Positions 39,261 to 49,861 of a DNA stretch of 64,000 bases are shown here, in pieces (position 1 is the first letter of the stretch; each line of letters opens with the position of its first letter). Below the pieces are notes generated by a model that saw nothing but the letters and a program-made list of their open reading frames with translations, did not search any database and had not been told where the DNA came from. Source of the stretch: Granulicella sp. (GTDB taxonomy: Bacteria; Acidobacteriota; Terriglobia; Terriglobales; Acidobacteriaceae); contig DAHWNL010000036.1 of the NCBI GenBank assembly GCA_027339965.1, forward strand, positions 32,001-96,000, in the 5' to 3' direction. A program made the position numbers and the translations under genes.

Positions 39261-40337
39261 ATGTCGGAAGAACACAAGATCAGCGCCGTCAAACAGATGA
39301 CCCCGGGGCACAACTTGAAAGAGTTGGCCAAGCATCTCGGCGTGTCGCCGACCACCATCTCTCGCGTGATCAACAACGCCGGAAACAAATATCGCATTTC
39401 GGAAGAGACGCAGAAGCGCGTGCTGGCGGCGGCGGCCGAGATGAACTACAAGGCCAGTCCCTTGGCGCGGGGCTTACGCAGCCGGCGCTCGCAGACGATT
39501 GGAGTGATGGTGCCGGAGATCAGCGCCGGCTATTCGGCCGCCGTGCTGAGTGGAATAGAGGATGTGCTGCTACTCAGCGGCTTTTTCTACTTCGTCGTCA
39601 GCCATCATCATCGCGAGGAGCTGCTGCGCGAATACCCGGCCTTATTGCTGTCGCGAGCGGTGGAGGGGATCATCGCCGTGGACTCGGTGCTGGAGGCGGA
39701 GCTGCCGGTTCCCACCATTGTTGTCTCCGGTCACCGGCGTTGCTCATCGGTGGTGAGTATTGAGCTGGACCACGATCTTGCGGCACACTTTGCGTTGGAG
39801 CATCTGCAGCGGCTGGGGCATCGGCGCATCGCCTTCATCAAGGGGCAGAGCTTCAGCTCCGATACCGAGATTCGTTGGCAGGCCATCGTGCGGGCTGCCG
39901 CGCAGTTGCAGATTTCCATCGATCCTCATCTGGTGGTCGCCCTGGAGGGGGACGATCCCACTTCGACACCCGGGCGGGTGGCGGCGCACAAGCTGCTAGC
40001 GGCGCAGACGCCTTTTACGGCCATCTTTGCCTTCAACGATCTCTCCGCCATGGGAGCTATTGTGGCCTTGCGCGAGGCTGGGGTGGAGGTGCCCAGGAGG
40101 GTCTCCGTCGTGGGCTTCGATGACGTGCTCGGCGCGGCCACCAACTACCCTCCGTTGACCACCGTGCGGCAACCCTTGCAAGAGATGGGACGCGCTGCGG
40201 CCACCGCGCTACTGGAGCGCATTCGCGATCCAAAGGCCGGCGAGGCGCAGGCGCAGTCGAGGTCGATTCTGGTGTTGCCTACGTTTGTCGAGCGTAAGTC
40301 TACGGGCCCCGCGCCCAAGGATGTCGCAGCCCGATAG
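39261..40337 (+). CDS. LacI-family transcriptional regulator
   Basis: LKELAKHLGVSPTTISRVIN HTH, ARGLRS hinge, FAFND, SVVGFDD, LTTVRQP. Confidence 0.95.
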   Translation: MSEEHKISAVKQMTPGHNLKELAKHLGVSPTTISRVINNAGNKYRISEETQKRVLAAAAEMNYKASPLARGLRSRRSQTIGVMVPEISAGYSAAVLSGIEDVLLLSGFFYFVVSHHHREELLREYPALLLSRAVEGIIAVDSVLEAELPVPTIVVSGHRRCSSVVSIELDHDLAAHFALEHLQRLGHRRIAFIKGQSFSSDTEIRWQAIVRAAAQLQISIDPHLVVALEGDDPTSTPGRVAAHKLLAAQTPFTAIFAFNDLSAMGAIVALREAGVEVPRRVSVVGFDDVLGAATNYPPLTTVRQPLQEMGRAAATALLERIRDPKAGEAQAQSRSILVLPTFVERKSTGPAPKDVAAR

Positions 40338-40362
40338 CGAGCGGGAAACGGATCCTGCCACC

Positions 40363-40659
40363 ATGCCCATCGCTACCCTGACGCTCGAGCTCTCCATGGA
40401 ACACGCTCAGTCCCTCAAGGACCGCCGGCAGGTGGTGCGATCCCTCAAGGACAAGCTGCGCCACGGATTCAATATCTCCATCGCCGAGCTCGACGACGCC
40501 TCCCTGTGGAACCGCGCGACTCTGGGGGTGGTGGCTATCTCCAGCTCCAGCGCGTATCTGGGTGGCCAGTTGCGCCAGGTGGAGTCCGCCGCCCGGCGTC
40601 TGTGCGTGGGGTTAGGGTGTGAGATTCTGGATAGCTATATTGAGAACGATGGCTCGTGA
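40363..40659 (+). CDS. DUF503 (YlxP-like) protein
   Basis: AQSLKDRRQVVRSLKDKLR..FNISIAE. Confidence 0.88.
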   Translation: MPIATLTLELSMEHAQSLKDRRQVVRSLKDKLRHGFNISIAELDDASLWNRATLGVVAISSSSAYLGGQLRQVESAARRLCVGLGCEILDSYIENDGS

Positions 40660-40947
40660 TGCGATACGAATCAGGATTCTGGTGGAGAGAACCTGAGACG
40701 GTCATACGCCTGGCGAGACGGCCTGTGAGACCGCGGACTGACGGAAGCGATGGATGGCCGCCATCCTGTAAGAAGCCAGCCTGGAAAAGGTCTGCTTTCA
40801 AGAGGATCGGCGGCGAGACCCTGCGTGGGACCCGGCGCCGGCAGACGGTGGGGCGGCAGGGGAGGGCCGCCAGCGGGAGTTTTTGCTCACTTCGCCTTGC
40901 GAAAGGCTCAGGGGATGCCCAAGGGGTGCTAACCTGAAGAGTCAACT

Positions 40948-41388
40948 ATGCCCGAGCAACGCGCCAGAACGTATCATCGGGGCCGCCTGGTCAACGCCTT
41001 TTCTGAAGAGATCACGGCGATGCTCGAGGGGGAGCTTTCTGATCCCCGCATCTCTCCTTGCCACGTCACGGAGGTGGTTCTGGCTCCGGGCGGAAAGAGT
41101 TGCCGGGTCTTTGTGGCCGTGATGGGCGGGGAGCAGGAGGAGCGCGATACCCTGACGGGATTGATGGCGGCGCGAGGCTACGTGCGCAGCGAGATTCGGC
41201 AGCGGATGAATGTCCGCCAGGTTCCCGAGATTACCTTTGCGATCGACCGGTCCGAGAAGATCAACTCTCGGATCGAGGAGCTGTTAGGCCGGGTAGATAA
41301 GCGGCGCAGACTTGTTGAACCGCCACCGAAGGAGTTGGCTGGGGAGGCACGAAAGGAGGTTTCGGAACGCATGGAAACAGCTCTTTAG
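40948..41388 (+). CDS. rbfA: Ribosome-binding factor A
   Basis: ELSDPRI, VTEVVLAP, ARGYVRSEI, RQVPEITFAIDRS. Confidence 0.9.
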   Translation: MPEQRARTYHRGRLVNAFSEEITAMLEGELSDPRISPCHVTEVVLAPGGKSCRVFVAVMGGEQEERDTLTGLMAARGYVRSEIRQRMNVRQVPEITFAIDRSEKINSRIEELLGRVDKRRRLVEPPPKELAGEARKEVSERMETAL

Positions 41389-41417
41389 CGGTTGCAGCGG
41401 CTGTTCCCATTCCGGTT

Positions 41418-42443
41418 ATGAAACGTCAAGTTTCGATTGCGGCGCTTCTGGCCCTTGTCCAGAAGCAGAGATCGTTCGTTGTCAGTTCGCACCTTCGTCC
41501 CGATGGCGATGCTATCGGCTCCGCTTTGGGACTGATGCATCTGCTGGAAGCGATGGGCAAGACGGCGTCCGTGGTGTTTGTTGATCCCATCCCCGCGAAC
41601 TTCAATTTTCTTCCCGGCAGAGATCGGATTTCGGGCACCTTTCCCAAGGCGGATGCGGCCATCCTCCTGGAGTGCGACTCGATTGAGCGCAGTTGCATCG
41701 ATCGCAGCGAGTTTGAGGCTTCGACCCCCCAAATGACGATCAATATCGATCATCATCGCAGTGGCCGGGAGTTTGCGGACTTCAATTGGATTGATCCGGA
41801 GGCGGCAGCGGTGGGCTGCATGATCTATGATCTGGCGATTGCGGCTGGGATCCCAATAACTCCAGAGATCTCTGACTGTCTGTACGCCGCAGTTCTGACC
41901 GATACAGGCTCTTTCAACTATCCGAGCACCACGGCGGCCACCTTTGCCATGGCGGAGCATCTGGTGCGATGCGGTACCGACCCGCACCGAATTGCGGCGG
42001 AGGTTTACTTCTCCAACTCTCCCAGCAAAGTGCGCCTGTTGGGCGTGGCGCTGAGCAATATCCAGATTTCGGGTCCGGTCTCCTGGAGCCACGTTACTTT
42101 GGAGGAGATGGAACGAGTCGGCGCCAGCATCGAGGATTGTGAGGGGGTAGCGAACCATCTGATTGGCATTGATGGGGTTGAGGCGGCGGTCTTTCTCCGC
42201 GAGACGCCGGAGCAGGATCAGTTTCGCCTGAGCCTGCGCAGCCGCCGGACACTGGATGTGTCGGTGATCGCGGAGCGGTTTGGCGGAGGTGGGCATCGAA
42301 CCGCCAGCGGATGCAGCATGGCAGGGACGCTGATGGAGGTTACCAGCCGAATTGTGGAGGATCTTCGCCAAGCCTGTATCCCGCTGGCCGGTGCAGACGA
42401 GTCGGTGGAGGCTCCAACGCTGCCGTCGATTCTGTTAGCCTAG
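41418..42443 (+). CDS. nrnA: DHH/DHHA1 phosphoesterase (NrnA-like oligoribonuclease)
   Basis: HLRPDGDAIGS, NIDHH, LTDTGSF, SLRS, GGGGHRTASG. Confidence 0.9.
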   Translation: MKRQVSIAALLALVQKQRSFVVSSHLRPDGDAIGSALGLMHLLEAMGKTASVVFVDPIPANFNFLPGRDRISGTFPKADAAILLECDSIERSCIDRSEFEASTPQMTINIDHHRSGREFADFNWIDPEAAAVGCMIYDLAIAAGIPITPEISDCLYAAVLTDTGSFNYPSTTAATFAMAEHLVRCGTDPHRIAAEVYFSNSPSKVRLLGVALSNIQISGPVSWSHVTLEEMERVGASIEDCEGVANHLIGIDGVEAAVFLRETPEQDQFRLSLRSRRTLDVSVIAERFGGGGHRTASGCSMAGTLMEVTSRIVEDLRQACIPLAGADESVEAPTLPSILLA

Positions 42444-42471
42444 GGTTCGCTTCTGCAATCCAAGGGTAGCC

Positions 42472-44436
42472 GTGGAAGGATGCCCTTGGAGGGGTTTGGC
42501 CTGTGGAGATTTGCGTGAGCGCAACGGATTGCAGAACATCGGACCGCACGGATTGATCGATTCCACCCAACCCGCGCCTGGTGATGGACCCGCAACGGGA
42601 TCCTCGAAGGGTCCGTTTGCAGAATCTTCGGCATCGCAGGCTCGGCCGCCGGCAGGCGCCTCCCGCGGTAGCGTCAGGCTGTTCCTCCTCCGGCTAAGCG
42701 ACAACCATTTGGGTTCCACAGCCTCGGAGTTCGTGATTCTCCTTCTGTTTGTGGGATTTTTTCTTTTTTACGGTCTGATTCCCATCTTTGGCGGCGATCA
42801 ACTGGGGCTGGTGGGCGCCGATGAGCCTCGTTACGCTCAGATTGCCAGGGAGATGCTGGCCGCCCATATAGCTGCATGCCAGGCGGTGCATGCCACCATT
42901 CTGCCCCACAATCTGCGGCTGTCCAGTCTGCGCGCCTCCTATGACTGCCTGATGGGAGGGACGGTGACGCCCATCCTGTATGGCAAGCCCTGGCTGGAGA
43001 AGCCGGCGCTCTACTACTGGCGCGCCATGGGGTACTACCGGGAGCTGGGGGTCTACGACTGGACGGCCCGGCTGGCTTCAGCGACCGGCGCGCTGGCGCT
43101 GATGATTCTGGCGTTTCTGCACCTGAAGCGATTCCGCCCCGGCGGCCATCTGGACGCGGCGCTGATCATGGTCTCTTCCGTGGCGATGTTTGCTTTTTCC
43201 CGCGGAGCTTCCACGGACATGCAATTGGCGGCGCCGTTCTGCATCGGCATGCTGGGCTGGTATGCGTGGTATGAGACCGGCAAAAAGTTCTGGCTGTTTG
43301 ACCTTTACTTCTTTAACGCCGCGGCCACGCTGGCCAAGGGGCCGATCGCCCCCTTTCTTGCCTTGGGCATTTTGTGCCTGTTTGTGGGGTTGAGGCGCGA
43401 GTGGTCGGCGCTGCGGCGCACCATCTGGATCCCAGGGATTGTGCTCTATTTGGCGATGGTGCTGCCCTGGTACATCGCGGTGCAGCGGCGCAATCCCACC
43501 TTCTTCGATGAGTTCTTCTGGCAGCACAATCTGGAGCGATACTCCACCAATCTCTACCACCATCGCCAACCCATCTTCTACTACCTGATCGTTCTGATTG
43601 TGGGTTTGCTGCCGTGGACGGCGCTCTCCCTGCGGGCGCTGGCGGATGGCATCGCGGAGTCGATTGCGGAGTGGAAGGTGCGCTTCAAGCCGCAGCGCTA
43701 TGTTGGCCATGTCCGCGCAGGAGACGCTTTTCCCGAGTTTCTGGTCCTATGGGTGTTGTTTCCCATTGTCTTTTTCTCCTTCTCTGACTCCAAGCTTCCC
43801 GGGTATATCCTTCCTTCCATTCCTCCGCTGGCGATTCTGACCGGAGATTATCTGTTTCGCATCCGGCGGCCTGGGATCCCGAGCTGGTTGCTGTATGCTC
43901 ACGCTGCACTGACGGGGGTGGTGACCTTTGTCCTGATTCTGTGCCCGCAGTACATGATCCACCAGCAACTGATTCCGGCTCCCGGCATTCTGATTGTGGC
44001 CACGGTGCTGGGGACCGCGGCGGGTTATTGGGTGGTTTGGGTGACCCGCCGTTATGGGGTGCGTCATCTTCGCCTGGCGACGATGGTTCCCCTGGTGGGC
44101 CTGCTTTACTTTTTGCTGGGAAGAAACGGCCGCCTTCTGGATCTGAATTACTCGGCCCGGCCTCTGGCCGGCCAGATTCAGCGGGCGGCTCCGGAAACCG
44201 GGGTGGTCGCTGAGTTTCAGTTGCGGCGTGATCTGGTCTATGGACTTGCATTCTATGAAGACCGTAAGATTCTCAGTTACGTCACCGATGGTGTTCCAGC
44301 CGGGGAGCATCTGGTCGTCTTCCCCGACCGCGATGAGGCGCTGATGCAGCGGTATTGGAAGGGCCGGCAGGTTCGCCCGGTTCTGCACTACGCGGTGCAG
44401 GGCCTTTCGGTTTACGAAGTGTATCCGCAGCGTTGA
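42472..44436 (+). CDS. ArnT-like GT-C glycosyltransferase (family 39/83); true start probably downstream
   Basis: DEPRYAQIAREM, WLEKPALYYW, STDM, TLAKGP, LPWY, SKLPGYILP; many TM segments. Confidence 0.9.
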   Translation: MEGCPWRGLACGDLRERNGLQNIGPHGLIDSTQPAPGDGPATGSSKGPFAESSASQARPPAGASRGSVRLFLLRLSDNHLGSTASEFVILLLFVGFFLFYGLIPIFGGDQLGLVGADEPRYAQIAREMLAAHIAACQAVHATILPHNLRLSSLRASYDCLMGGTVTPILYGKPWLEKPALYYWRAMGYYRELGVYDWTARLASATGALALMILAFLHLKRFRPGGHLDAALIMVSSVAMFAFSRGASTDMQLAAPFCIGMLGWYAWYETGKKFWLFDLYFFNAAATLAKGPIAPFLALGILCLFVGLRREWSALRRTIWIPGIVLYLAMVLPWYIAVQRRNPTFFDEFFWQHNLERYSTNLYHHRQPIFYYLIVLIVGLLPWTALSLRALADGIAESIAEWKVRFKPQRYVGHVRAGDAFPEFLVLWVLFPIVFFSFSDSKLPGYILPSIPPLAILTGDYLFRIRRPGIPSWLLYAHAALTGVVTFVLILCPQYMIHQQLIPAPGILIVATVLGTAAGYWVVWVTRRYGVRHLRLATMVPLVGLLYFLLGRNGRLLDLNYSARPLAGQIQRAAPETGVVAEFQLRRDLVYGLAFYEDRKILSYVTDGVPAGEHLVVFPDRDEALMQRYWKGRQVRPVLHYAVQGLSVYEVYPQR

Positions 44437-44467
44437 GGGCGAAAGAGAGTCAGAGGCCGGGAAGACG

Positions 44468-45505
44468 TTGAGTTCAGCACAGAGCCGCTTTTCTCAACTC
44501 GAGATTCTTGATCTGCGCCACTTCTCCGGAGCGCAGTTGCGGCCGCTGCTGCGGGACGAGGCCGAGCGCTGGCAGCGCCGTTTGCACTGGGATTACACAC
44601 CAGCCTCCGACATGCTGCTGGATTATCTGGACAGCCGCATTCTGTCGGGCTACGTAGCCCTGCGGGCGGGGCAGATCGCCGGTTACGCCTTCTGCGTCTG
44701 CGAAGGCGCGAAGGCGGTGATTGGGGATGTGTACGCGGTTGGCGAAACCGAGTCCACGGTGAACCCCATCTGCGAGACCCTGATGAACCATCTGCTGGAG
44801 ATGGTGAAGTCCATGCCAGGCGTGACGAGGGTAGAGTCCCAGTTGCTGATGTTTCCCGATGGGGCGCTGAGAGAGAGTTTTCAGCGCCATGGGTTCAAGG
44901 CCTACCGGCGCTGCTTCATGCTGCGGGATCTGCAGGCTCATCCGCCACGAATGGATCAGGATCCGGCCGAGTTGCGTCCGGGCAGAAGCCTGGTGCTGGA
45001 GGCATGGCGACCGGAGTTTCATGATGGCGGGGCGCAGTTGATTCATCGCTGCTATGCCGACCATATGGACGCCGGCATCAACGACCAGTACCGCACCCTG
45101 CACGGGGCGCAGCGGTTCCTGCACAACATCATTCGCTTCCCCGGCTGCGGCGTCTTTGATCCGGAGAACTCCTGGGTGGTGCGCGAGACACAGCAGCGGA
45201 ACGGAGGTCTCCCCCTGGCTGCGCCGCGCGGAGGGCCCGTGGAGGCGATGCTGCTGAGCTCCAAAGTCTGTGCGGGAGTGAACCACATCACTCAGATCTG
45301 TGTGGCTCCCTCGCTACGCGGCAAAGGGCTGGGCCGTTTGCTGCTGGAGCAGAGCGCGAGGGAGGGAGCCCGGCGAGGCGTGCGTGAACTATCCCTGACC
45401 GTGACCGAGGCCAATGCCAACGCCCGCGCGCTTTATGAGCGCCACGGTTTTCAGACGTTGCACCGCTTTGAAGCCATGGTGTTTGACAGCAGCGAGCGCC
45501 ACTGA
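44468..45505 (+). CDS. Tandem GNAT-family acetyltransferase
   Basis: C-terminal QICVAPSLRGKGLGRLL, LTVTEANANARALYERHGF; degenerate N-terminal GNAT domain. Confidence 0.85.
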   Translation: MSSAQSRFSQLEILDLRHFSGAQLRPLLRDEAERWQRRLHWDYTPASDMLLDYLDSRILSGYVALRAGQIAGYAFCVCEGAKAVIGDVYAVGETESTVNPICETLMNHLLEMVKSMPGVTRVESQLLMFPDGALRESFQRHGFKAYRRCFMLRDLQAHPPRMDQDPAELRPGRSLVLEAWRPEFHDGGAQLIHRCYADHMDAGINDQYRTLHGAQRFLHNIIRFPGCGVFDPENSWVVRETQQRNGGLPLAAPRGGPVEAMLLSSKVCAGVNHITQICVAPSLRGKGLGRLLLEQSAREGARRGVRELSLTVTEANANARALYERHGFQTLHRFEAMVFDSSERH

Positions 45506-45531
45506 GCGCCCATGCCTCTTGAGCCGCGTTG

Positions 45532-47133
45532 TTACTTCTTCCAGTTGGCTCCTGGACGCGCCACAGTGTACATCTTCGCCCCGATCTGGTCGAACAGGCC
45601 GTCGCGATCCTCTCCCACTTTGTAAAGGTCAAAGTGAGAGCGTCCGGGGAGATAGTGGAAGTGGGGATCGGCTCCGAGCTTGTTCAGGCGGGCTTCAAAG
45701 AGGCGGGCGGAGCCGTCCAGATAGAACGTATCGGCGGTTCCCACAAAGAGGTGGATGCGGCCTTTGAGCAGAGGTCCAGTTTGCGGCCACTCTGTTTCTA
45801 CCCGGTGCGCCAGATCATAGTGATCATGCCAGTAGGCCACCACAGCGGGTTTCACGTCTCCGGTGACGCGGTCAAACATGGGCATGGGCGCTCCGCTGGG
45901 GGAGCGAGGCGAGAAGACCCAGTCAAAGGAAGTCATCTGGCCACCGTAGGGGCCCAGAACCGCCTCCATTTTGGCGAACTGTTCGATGGTGGCCACTACC
46001 TTCCCGTCGATGCGCACGATCGGATAGGCGGTTCCGTCGGGCCGGTGGTACACGTTGGCGTGAGGAGCGTAGAGATCCGGGCCGGTGAAGTTGTGGAAGT
46101 CACTGGGGTCTGGCGAGGTAGACCATGTTCCTCCAAAGATCCGGGGATAGTTGACCTGGAGTTGCAAGGTGGCCCAGCCGCCGCTGGAATGGCCGTTGAG
46201 AAAGCGTCCGTTGCGTTTCGCATCCATGCGGTAGGTGCGCTCCAGCATGGGGATGAACTCGGCGGTCAGGGCTGTGCCCCAGGGGCCATCGTTGACGGAG
46301 TTGGCGAACTCATGGGCGCCTTCGGGGCAGGACTAATCCAGCATCACCCAGATCATGGGAGGCATCTTGCGCTGGACCATGCGGTCACGAATCATTTCGC
46401 CCATCACCAGGTTGTAATCCATTATTGGCGCCAAAGCCATGTGTGAAGTAGGCCGTCGGATAACGACGGTGCCTGTTGCCAGCGTAGCCCGGCGGCAGGA
46501 TAACCCAGGCTCGGATGGAAGTGGAGTTGCCGGAGAAGTGGGTGAGCAGCGGGCTAACCATCTCCTGCCGCTCGATCTCTCCGGGCTTCACCTGCTGCAT
46601 GGCGTGGGCCAGTGCCGCCTGGCGCTGCGGGTTGGCGCAGTATGTTCGTTCAGGGTGAGGGTCGCCTCCGGGCTTTGCGGGTTCCACTGCGTCAGGTTCG
46701 CCACCGGACTGATCCAATCCCGGGGGGGGGGTGCGGCCGGAGTAATTGATAGGAGTGGTCCGTATCCAGCACGGCTCGCACCTCATAGTCGCCCGGCGGC
46801 AGCGCGGAGAAGGGCCTGGGATAGGCAATCAGGTCGGCATCGAACTGCACCGAGGCGCCGGGAGCCAGATCGCGCACCTCCTGAGCAGCCCCAGGTCTGC
46901 TGATTCTCCTGGCTGGGATGGAACTCCTGGACGTCCACCTCCGCGTCTCCCTTACCCGGTTTGAGAAAGACGAGCAGGCGTCCGCTGAGTGGCTGAGCTG
47001 CGGCGGAGCCCAGCCGGATCCGAAAGAATGTGTGCGGTGGCGCCTGCTGGGCGGAGGAGCGGCTGGAGGCAAGGCCAAGACTGGCTGCAATGGCTGCGCA
47101 GGCGAGCAGAGGGGCGGTTGGGCGGCGCCGCAT
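45532..47133 (-). pseudogene. Secreted alpha/beta-hydrolase (esterase family) disrupted by about 5 frameshifts and an in-frame TAG
   Basis: One protein can be read across frames: signal peptide, SGRLLVF, PGDYEVRAVLD, VILPPGY, HGFG, HEFANSVNDGPWG, GHSSGG, GTADTFYLD, HFDL. Breaks near 46890, 46748, 46725 (G10 tract), 46640 and 46422; TAG at 46333-46335. Confidence 0.85.
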
Positions 47134-47291
47134 GGATCGGGATCTCTCAAAAAAAGCATTGAGGGATGATACCAGCCTACGGTCAGCTGCTGGATGGTCA
47201 GGATGGCGCACGAGCGAGACTGCCTGCGAGAGATGAAGCGCCGGCCGGGACGCGACTCGACGCCGCGAAGCCTGCCCGATCTTCCACCGCG

Positions 47292-48809
47292 CTACTCGAC
47301 GTGATAGTTGGGCGCTTCGCGGGTGATAACGACGTCATGGACGTGGCTCTCGCGCAGTCCGGCACCCGAGATGCGGACAAAGCGCGCCTTCTGGTGGAGC
47401 TCTGCGATGGTTCCGCAACCCAGGTAGCCCATGCCAGAGCGCAGGCCGCCGACCAGTTGATAGATGGTATCCTCCAGCGGGCCGCGATACGGCACGCGGC
47501 CTTCGATGCCCTCGGGGACAAACTTGGCCAGTCGGTTGCTGTTCTCCCGGGCGGTGATGGAGGTTCGAGCCTCTTCTTCCACACTCATGTCATCCTTGCT
47601 TTGGAAGTAGCGTTCGCCGGAGCCCTGAGCCATGGCGCTCAGACTGCCCATGCCGCGATACGTCTTGAAGCTGCGGCCCTGATAAAGGATGGTTTCGCCG
47701 GGACTCTCATCCACGCCGGCGAAGAGCGAGCCCAGCATGCAGACGCCGGCTCCGGCGGCGATGGCCTTGGTGAGGTCGCCCGAGTATTTGACGCCGCCGT
47801 CGGCGATGATGGAGACGCCACGCTGCCGGGCGGCGCGGTAGGACTCCGCGATGGCGGTGATCTGGGGCATGCCGGCGCCGGTGACCATGCGGGTGGTGCA
47901 GATGGAGCCGGGACCGATGCCCACCTTGACCGCATCCGCGCCGGCGTCGATCAGCGCCAGAGTGCCCTCGTAGGTCGCCACGTTCCCAGCCAAGAGATCG
48001 ACGTCCGGAAAGGCCTGCTTCACCTGAGAGATGGCTTCCAGGACGCGCGAGGAGTGGCCGTGGGCGGAGTCGATGGCCAGAGCATCCACGCGGTAGCGCA
48101 CCAGTTCGGCGGCGCGTTCCAGAAAGTCACCGGTGGCTCCGATGGCGCCGGCGACGCGCAGGCGGCCCTGTTCATCCTTGCTGGCGTTGGGGTACTTCAA
48201 CTTCTTCTGGATATCCTTGACGGTGATCAGGCCCTTGAGTTCGTAAGCGTCATTGACCACCAGCAGCTTCTCTACCCGATGCTGATGCAGAATCTGTTCG
48301 GCCTGCTCGAGCGTGGTTCCCACGGGAACGGTGATCAGATTGGACTTGGTCATCACGTCGCCAACGGGGATATCGGTGCGGGAGACGAAGCGCAGGTCAC
48401 GATTGGTGAGAATGCCCACCAGCTTGTTGTTCCGGGTGACGGGCACGCCGGAGATCTTGAAGCGGCGCATCACCTCCAGGGCATCGGCGATGGGCCGCTC
48501 CGGCTCGATGGTGACCGGATCCACGATCATGCCGCTCTCCGAGCGCTTCACCTTGTCGATCTCGCCGGCCTGGTGCTCGATGGAGAGATTGCGGTGGACG
48601 ACACCCAGACCTCCCAACTGGGCGATAGCGATGGCCAGGCGGGACTCGGTGACTGTATCCATGGCGGCTGACATCAGGGGCGTGGCGAGGGTAATCCTTG
48701 GGGTCAGTTGTACCTGGGTGCTGACCTGGGAGGGAACCACGTCCGAGTAGGCGGGAACCAGCAGGACGTCGTCGAAGGTGAGCGCTTCGGGGATCTTGTC
48801 GAGGATCAT
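47292..48809 (-). CDS. guaB: IMP dehydrogenase
   Basis: [19 protein letters not shown] pair, [28 protein letters not shown]. Confidence 0.98.
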   Translation of the reverse strand: MILDKIPEALTFDDVLLVPAYSDVVPSQVSTQVQLTPRITLATPLMSAAMDTVTESRLAIAIAQLGGLGVVHRNLSIEHQAGEIDKVKRSESGMIVDPVTIEPERPIADALEVMRRFKISGVPVTRNNKLVGILTNRDLRFVSRTDIPVGDVMTKSNLITVPVGTTLEQAEQILHQHRVEKLLVVNDAYELKGLITVKDIQKKLKYPNASKDEQGRLRVAGAIGATGDFLERAAELVRYRVDALAIDSAHGHSSRVLEAISQVKQAFPDVDLLAGNVATYEGTLALIDAGADAVKVGIGPGSICTTRMVTGAGMPQITAIAESYRAARQRGVSIIADGGVKYSGDLTKAIAAGAGVCMLGSLFAGVDESPGETILYQGRSFKTYRGMGSLSAMAQGSGERYFQSKDDMSVEEEARTSITARENSNRLAKFVPEGIEGRVPYRGPLEDTIYQLVGGLRSGMGYLGCGTIAELHQKARFVRISGAGLRESHVHDVVITREAPNYHVE

Positions 48810-49057
48810 ACCCCTCTATTGTTGCATCTGGAGACCCGTGTTGCACCTGGAGAGTGCGGGCGGCATTGAGTTGACGAGCGGGGCGGAATGGGGTGAGATG
48901 ATGGTGGATGGAAGGCTTGGATCCTCTCAAGAAAGAGGACAACAGAGGAGCGCTGAATCCCGACGAGCCCACGGTGGGACCTGCTCCGGATGCGCAAGGA
49001 TGGAGTCCGGCGGCGAGGAAGATGAACGGCTGAGAGGGCAGGGCTGAGAGGATTTGC

Positions 49058-49861
49058 ATGAGCGACATGATTGTGGTGAAGGATCTGGTGAAGAACTACG
49101 CAGATTTCTGCGCAGTGAACCAGATCTCCTTTACCGTTCCCGAGGGCCGGATCTTTGCCTTTCTGGGCCCCAATGGAGCGGGCAAGACCACCACGATCAA
49201 GATGCTCACCACCATCCTGGAGCCCAGCGGAGGTACTTTGCGGGTGAACGGCTTTGACCCGGTCTCACAGCGGAAGCAGGCGCGCCGCTCCTTCGGCATC
49301 GTCTTTCAGGATCCGAGTCTGGATGAAGAACTGACCGCGCAGGAGAACCTGGACCTGCATGGGGCGCTCTACGGCGTCCCGCGCGGAGAGCGGCTGCAGC
49401 GCATGCAGGCGCTGCTGGAGCTGGTGGGGCTCTGGGACCGGCGGAACGAGTTTGTCAAACAATTCTCCGGGGGCATGAAGCGCCGCCTGGAGTTAGCCCG
49501 GGCGCTGCTGCACAGGCCGCGCATCCTGTTCCTGGACGAGCCGACGATCGGCCTGGACCCGCAGACTCGCAATCACATCTGGGGCTATATCGCCACGCTT
49601 AGCAGGCAGCAGAACGTCACCGTCTTCTTCACGACGCACTACATGGAAGAGGCCGATCGCGTTGCCGGCGAGGTCGCCGTAATCGACCACGGCAGGATCA
49701 TCGCGCAGGGAACGCCAGCCGCGCTCAAGCAGCAGAACGGAGCGGCCACGCTGGAGGACGCCTTCATCGCCCTGACCGGCCACGATATTCGCGACGAGGA
49801 GGCCGGCGCAGCCGATCATATGCGCGCGATGCGCAACGTGTGGAGAGGTGGCCGGCGATGA
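49058..49861 (+). CDS. ABC-2 type exporter ATP-binding protein (DrrA-like)
   Basis: GPNGAGKTT, FSGGMKRRL, LFLDEPT, TTHYMEEA. Confidence 0.95.
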   Translation: MSDMIVVKDLVKNYADFCAVNQISFTVPEGRIFAFLGPNGAGKTTTIKMLTTILEPSGGTLRVNGFDPVSQRKQARRSFGIVFQDPSLDEELTAQENLDLHGALYGVPRGERLQRMQALLELVGLWDRRNEFVKQFSGGMKRRLELARALLHRPRILFLDEPTIGLDPQTRNHIWGYIATLSRQQNVTVFFTTHYMEEADRVAGEVAVIDHGRIIAQGTPAALKQQNGAATLEDAFIALTGHDIRDEEAGAADHMRAMRNVWRGGRR

